A stretch of 32,000 bases of DNA from Methylophaga frappieri (GTDB taxonomy: Bacteria > Pseudomonadota > Gammaproteobacteria > Nitrosococcales > Methylophagaceae): the NCBI RefSeq assembly GCF_000260965.1, contig NC_017856.1:2490001-2522000 (forward strand), in the 5' to 3' direction. Numbering within the stretch: the stretch's first letter is position 1; each line of letters opens with the position of its first letter. The notes under the pieces are model-generated. The model searched no databases. It saw only the letters and a program-made list of their open reading frames with translations, and had not been told where the DNA came from. The position numbers and the translations under genes are program-made. Positions 28,419 to 32,000 of this stretch are shown here, piece after piece.

Positions 28419-29708
28419 ATGCGGTTTGATAACTTGTCAGCCTGGTTGGCGTGGCAGGAAACACTTCATTTTAAAGAAATTGACCCGGGCCTGCTTAGAA
28501 TTCGGACTGTCTGGAAACAGTTGCATGGTGAATCTGCACTAAATTTCAAGATTGTGACGGTGGCTGGCACCAATGGCAAAGGCTCGTCGGTTGCGTTGCT
28601 GTCCTCTATTTGTCGTGCGGCAGGCTACAAAACAGCGAGTTATACTTCCCCTCATTTATTATCTTACAACGAACGTATTGTTATCGATGGAGAACCGGCC
28701 AGCGATACGACCATTTGTCATGCCTTTGCAGCCATTGATGACGCGAGAGGGGACATATCGCTGACTTATTTTGAGTTTGCCACGTTGGCGGCGATGTGGA
28801 TTTTTTGTCAACAAAAAGTGGATGTTGCCATTCTGGAAGTTGGCATGGGAGGCCGACTCGACGCCGTCAATTTATTTGATGCCGATGTCGCATTGATAAC
28901 GCCTGTCGCTCTGGATCACATGCATTGGTTGGGCGATACAAGAGAAAAAATTGGCGCTGAAAAAGCCGGTATTATGCGTTCTGGGCGTCCTGTTGTCTGC
29001 AGTGAAGCGCATCCTCCTGAATCGGTTTTAAATATCGCACAGCGTTTACAGGCACCCGTCACCCAGGCCGGATTAAATTTTACCTATCAAGTTGAAGGCA
29101 ATCAGTGGCATTGGCAGGGTGATGAGACAACAATGCGCAACTTGCCATTACCGGCATTACATGGCCAATATCAATTAAAAAACAGCGCTGCTGTGTTGGC
29201 CGTTATCCATTTATTACAACATCACCTGCCGGCGCTGAATGAGGCGGCTATTCGTACTGGTTTGCAACAGGTCTCATTGCAAGGCCGATTTCAGATTATT
29301 CCCGGACCAGTTCAACGTATTTTTGATGTGACGCATAATCAGCAAGGCGCCGAAAACCTTTGTCAGGTTTTGCGTGAAACGCCTTGTGCGGGAAACACAT
29401 TCGCCGTGGTTGCGATGTTGCGTGACAAAGATGCCAGCTCGGTTTTTGCTGCTCTCGAAAATCAAATTGACCGTTGGTTCGTGGGTGGCTTGATAGGCGA
29501 GCGTGGTCAATCTGGTGCCACGTTGGCCGCCAGCTTGCTATCGGTGATACCCAACGCCAGCTATGATGTTTTTGAGAGCGTGCAGCAGGCCTATCATATT
29601 GCGATGGCACAAGCCGAGGCGAGTGATAGAGTGCTGATTTTTGGTTCGTTTCATACGGTCGAAGCCGTGATGCGGGAAATCCCTGAGCTACTTCCTGTCT
29701 CAAGCTGA
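28419..29708 (+). CDS. folC: Bifunctional folylpolyglutamate synthase / dihydrofolate synthase FolC
   Basis: Mur-ligase P-loop VAGTNGKGS, then TSPHL and ...EVGMGGRLDA.... 429 aa. Conserved accD-folC adjacency. Confidence 0.9.
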   Translation: MRFDNLSAWLAWQETLHFKEIDPGLLRIRTVWKQLHGESALNFKIVTVAGTNGKGSSVALLSSICRAAGYKTASYTSPHLLSYNERIVIDGEPASDTTICHAFAAIDDARGDISLTYFEFATLAAMWIFCQQKVDVAILEVGMGGRLDAVNLFDADVALITPVALDHMHWLGDTREKIGAEKAGIMRSGRPVVCSEAHPPESVLNIAQRLQAPVTQAGLNFTYQVEGNQWHWQGDETTMRNLPLPALHGQYQLKNSAAVLAVIHLLQHHLPALNEAAIRTGLQQVSLQGRFQIIPGPVQRIFDVTHNQQGAENLCQVLRETPCAGNTFAVVAMLRDKDASSVFAALENQIDRWFVGGLIGERGQSGATLAASLLSVIPNASYDVFESVQQAYHIAMAQAEASDRVLIFGSFHTVEAVMREIPELLPVSS

Positions 29709-31532
29709 ATCAGCGGCAAATAACGCATCGATATCCGCTTGGTAGCGTTTGATAATCGCTTCGCGACGTACTTTCATTGTGGGCGTAAGTAAACCGTTTT
29801 CAATGGTCCATGGGTGTAATGTCAACGCTATTCTGCGGATACGGACATAAGCGGGAAAGTCTCGCAACAAATTCCGACACCGCTTCAATACAGTCTGTTG
29901 TAGGGTTTTATCCTGCAAGCTGTCAGATCGCATTGGATCAAGTCCTAATGATTGTGCCAGTGCCTGCCAGGCCTCACCATCTAATACCAATAAGGCTGCC
30001 AGATAGGATTGACCCTCACCAACGACGATCGCTTGCTCAAACAGGGGATCCTGTAACAAGGCATTTTCGATGTCTGACGGCGGAAATTTCTCGCCATTGC
30101 TTAACACTAGAATATCCTTGATGCGACCAGTAATGTGGATATAACCCTGTTCGTCACACTTTGCCTGATCCCCAGTATGCAGCCAGCCATCGACATCAAT
30201 CGTTTGGGCAGTGGCTTTATGATTATTCCAATAGCCCAGCATTTTTCCTGGACCATCAACGAGTAGTTCCTGATTTTCTGGGTCGATTTTGGTGGTGACA
30301 CCTGGGATCGGCGGGCCAACACTTTGCGGACGGTTTTTTTCAGGCGGATTAACGCTGATAATCGGGCTGGTTTCAGTCAGTCCGTAGCCTTGTATCAGTC
30401 GTAACTGGAGTCCGATAAACAGTTTTGCCGCATAGCCGGGCAAAGCAGCGCCTCCACTGACGGCTAATCGTAGACGCCCACCGAGACGTTGCAGGAATTT
30501 GTCCGCAATTTTATTTCCTAATATCGGCCAAAGTATTTGAATCACATGCCAGTTAGCTTGCTTTTGTTGCCATAAAAATCGTCGCCATCCGGCGTGAATC
30601 ACTAGTTTGAATAAACATTTTTGAAACCAGGACTTTGTCGCTAATTGCTGGTTTAGTTGTGCAGAAAAACGTTCGAAAAGCCGTGGTACAGCTATCAGGA
30701 TAGTCGGTTTTACTTGCCGTAAATCGTCCGGCAATTTTGCTACTCCCCGCGAGTAGGTAACGCTGGCACCAGCCATCATGGGTAGATAATAACCACCCGT
30801 GCGTTCCAAGGTATGTGATAAGGGGAGGAAGGAGAGAAACACATCATCATGAAAAACATCAAAAAACTGCAGCGCACCATAGGCTACTGAGAGCATGTTT
30901 TGATGACTGAGCATGACGCCTTTAGGCCGTCCCGTGGTGCCCGAAGTATAGATAATGGAAGCTAATTTATAGCCATCCAAATCTTTTCTAATCAGCGTTT
31001 GGTGTGGATAACGGTCTAACCATCTGTCGCTATCCAAAACAGCAATATCGCCTTCTTCATCTTTTTCCAAATTTAGAATGACCACTTTTTCAATGGCATG
31101 TTGTTCTGTCAAAGCAGACTTTAGCTGTTGCCATTGTCGTTTTGATTGAAGTAACAGGATTTTGCTGTCCGTTTGCTCCAAAATATAGGCCATATTGTCC
31201 GGCCGATCTTCAGGATAAAGCGGCACAGTGACTAGCCCCAGACTCATCGCTGCAATGTCGAAGTAAACCCACTCTGGGCAATTACGCAGATTTAATGCGA
31301 CGCGCTCACCCGGAGTTAGTCCTGCCGAAGCGAGTGCGCGCTGCCATCGACTAATCTGCTCAGCTGTTTGTTGCCAGGTGAGACTGTGCCAACGCTGACT
31401 CGCTGCATCAAAATACTGGTACGCTGTGTTATCGGGACAACGCGCCAAACGTTCAAAGAAAAGACCAGGTAAACTGCCCGCAACGTCAGGGGCAATCACA
31501 TCTACCTGTGTTGGGTTTAATTGAGTATCCAC
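29700..31532 (-). CDS. AMP-dependent long-chain acyl-CoA synthetase (FAA1/COG1022 type)
   Basis: AMP-binding motif IIYTSGTTGRPKGVMLSH, ...GYGLTETSP..., ...WLHTGD.... 610 aa. GTG start overlaps the fadL-like stop by 16 nt. The start codon choice is uncertain. Confidence 0.85.
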   Translation of the reverse strand: MDTQLNPTQVDVIAPDVAGSLPGLFFERLARCPDNTAYQYFDAASQRWHSLTWQQTAEQISRWQRALASAGLTPGERVALNLRNCPEWVYFDIAAMSLGLVTVPLYPEDRPDNMAYILEQTDSKILLLQSKRQWQQLKSALTEQHAIEKVVILNLEKDEEGDIAVLDSDRWLDRYPHQTLIRKDLDGYKLASIIYTSGTTGRPKGVMLSHQNMLSVAYGALQFFDVFHDDVFLSFLPLSHTLERTGGYYLPMMAGASVTYSRGVAKLPDDLRQVKPTILIAVPRLFERFSAQLNQQLATKSWFQKCLFKLVIHAGWRRFLWQQKQANWHVIQILWPILGNKIADKFLQRLGGRLRLAVSGGAALPGYAAKLFIGLQLRLIQGYGLTETSPIISVNPPEKNRPQSVGPPIPGVTTKIDPENQELLVDGPGKMLGYWNNHKATAQTIDVDGWLHTGDQAKCDEQGYIHITGRIKDILVLSNGEKFPPSDIENALLQDPLFEQAIVVGEGQSYLAALLVLDGEAWQALAQSLGLDPMRSDSLQDKTLQQTVLKRCRNLLRDFPAYVRIRRIALTLHPWTIENGLLTPTMKVRREAIIKRYQADIDALFAADSA

Positions 31533-32000
31533 CGCATTTGTACCGCAAACAGGTCAATATGGGTCTGATAAGTCCCATTTAGTCGGTAGCCATTATCGTT
31601 CACATCATCAATGTGGCTGTCTGACACAAATAAATGCGCGTAGGCAGCGTCGATCTTGATATTTTCATTGTAAGAATAGGTCGCACCAAACGCTAGCCAT
31701 TTACGATTTTGATCTGGAATTCTGGGGGTGCGTAATGTGCTGTCAGGAACCGGCGTTTCGTCATAAGCAATGCCGGCGCGCCATTGCCATTGGTTACCAG
31801 GCGTATACTCTATTCCGATACCGTAGCGCATGGTGTCATCCCAATCTTGCGTTTTTTCACTGTTCAAGGCCACAACAGGGGAGTCAATAATCAAGGCATC
31901 AAACCGGCTCCAACGCGTCCAGGTGGCATCGGCCATGATCGCCCAGTTTGAATTAAACTGATGATGCAATGCCAATGACACAATTTCAGGTAACGTCACA
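31517..32000 (-). CDS. fadL: FadL/TodX-family outer-membrane hydrophobic-compound channel (C-terminal part; N-terminus outside the window)
   Basis: ...RAGIAYDETPVPDSTLRTPRIPDQNRKWLAFGATYSY... aligns by eye with E. coli FadL ...RTGIAFDDSPVP...ISIPDQDRFWLSAGTTYAF. The ORF is open to the window edge. Confidence 0.75.
   Translation of the reverse strand, partial: VTLPEIVSLALHHQFNSNWAIMADATWTRWSRFDALIIDSPVVALNSEKTQDWDDTMRYGIGIEYTPGNQWQWRAGIAYDETPVPDSTLRTPRIPDQNRKWLAFGATYSYNENIKIDAAYAHLFVSDSHIDDVNDNGYRLNGTYQTHIDLFAVQMRWILN

Noticed and set aside
31517-31560. The FadL-like protein ends ...LFAVQMRWILN rather than with the terminal aromatic residue typical of outer-membrane beta-barrels (E. coli FadL ends ...NFNYAF). 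The stop lies inside the synthetase start overlap.
   Set aside because: Trp at -4 and hydrophobic residues at -3 and -2 may still serve as a beta-signal. The alternative frames give no better ending, and one of them simply runs into the synthetase ORF. I cannot judge this without an alignment.

Overview
This window looks like densely packed core genome of a gammaproteobacterium. GC is roughly mid-40s % by eye, not computed. All calls come from reading the supplied translations and the DNA for family motifs; no searches were run.

Gene order:
- pepA (minus strand, partial), divergent from lptF-lptG
- tRNA-Glu and tRNA-Ala (minus strand)
- lptD-surA-pdxA-rsmA
- hupB followed directly by tRNA-Val and tRNA-Asp
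- ppiD, convergent with a DAACS-family transporter
- fabI (minus strand)
- a lone family-5 solute-binding lipoprotein
- a 13-kb array with almost no gaps: motA/pomA-motB/pomB-leuD-leuB-asd-fimV-truA-trpF-trpB-trpA-accD-folC
- convergent acyl-CoA synthetase and fadL-like genes (minus strand; fadL partial)

I see no integrase, transposase, CRISPR array, toxin-antitoxin pair, restriction-modification genes or other defence-island hallmarks. I cannot support a claim that a novel multi-gene system lies here.

Items most worth a second look:
1. accD, normally essential, is frameshifted in an A-rich stretch near 28080-28096.
2. fimV contains a near-perfect 15-bp x 20 in-frame tandem repeat that encodes (G/D/N)(S/L)TE(A/V) pentapeptides.
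3. The solute-binding protein has no transporter partner genes here and appears anchored at both ends (lipobox with Asp at +2, plus a C-terminal TM helix).
4. A PomAB-type stator pair sits where leuC would be expected, directly upstream of leuD.
5. Several transcription-architecture oddities: an mRNA-tRNA co-transcript, a terminator inside a transporter leader, a stop codon in a terminator loop, and convergent genes that overlap.
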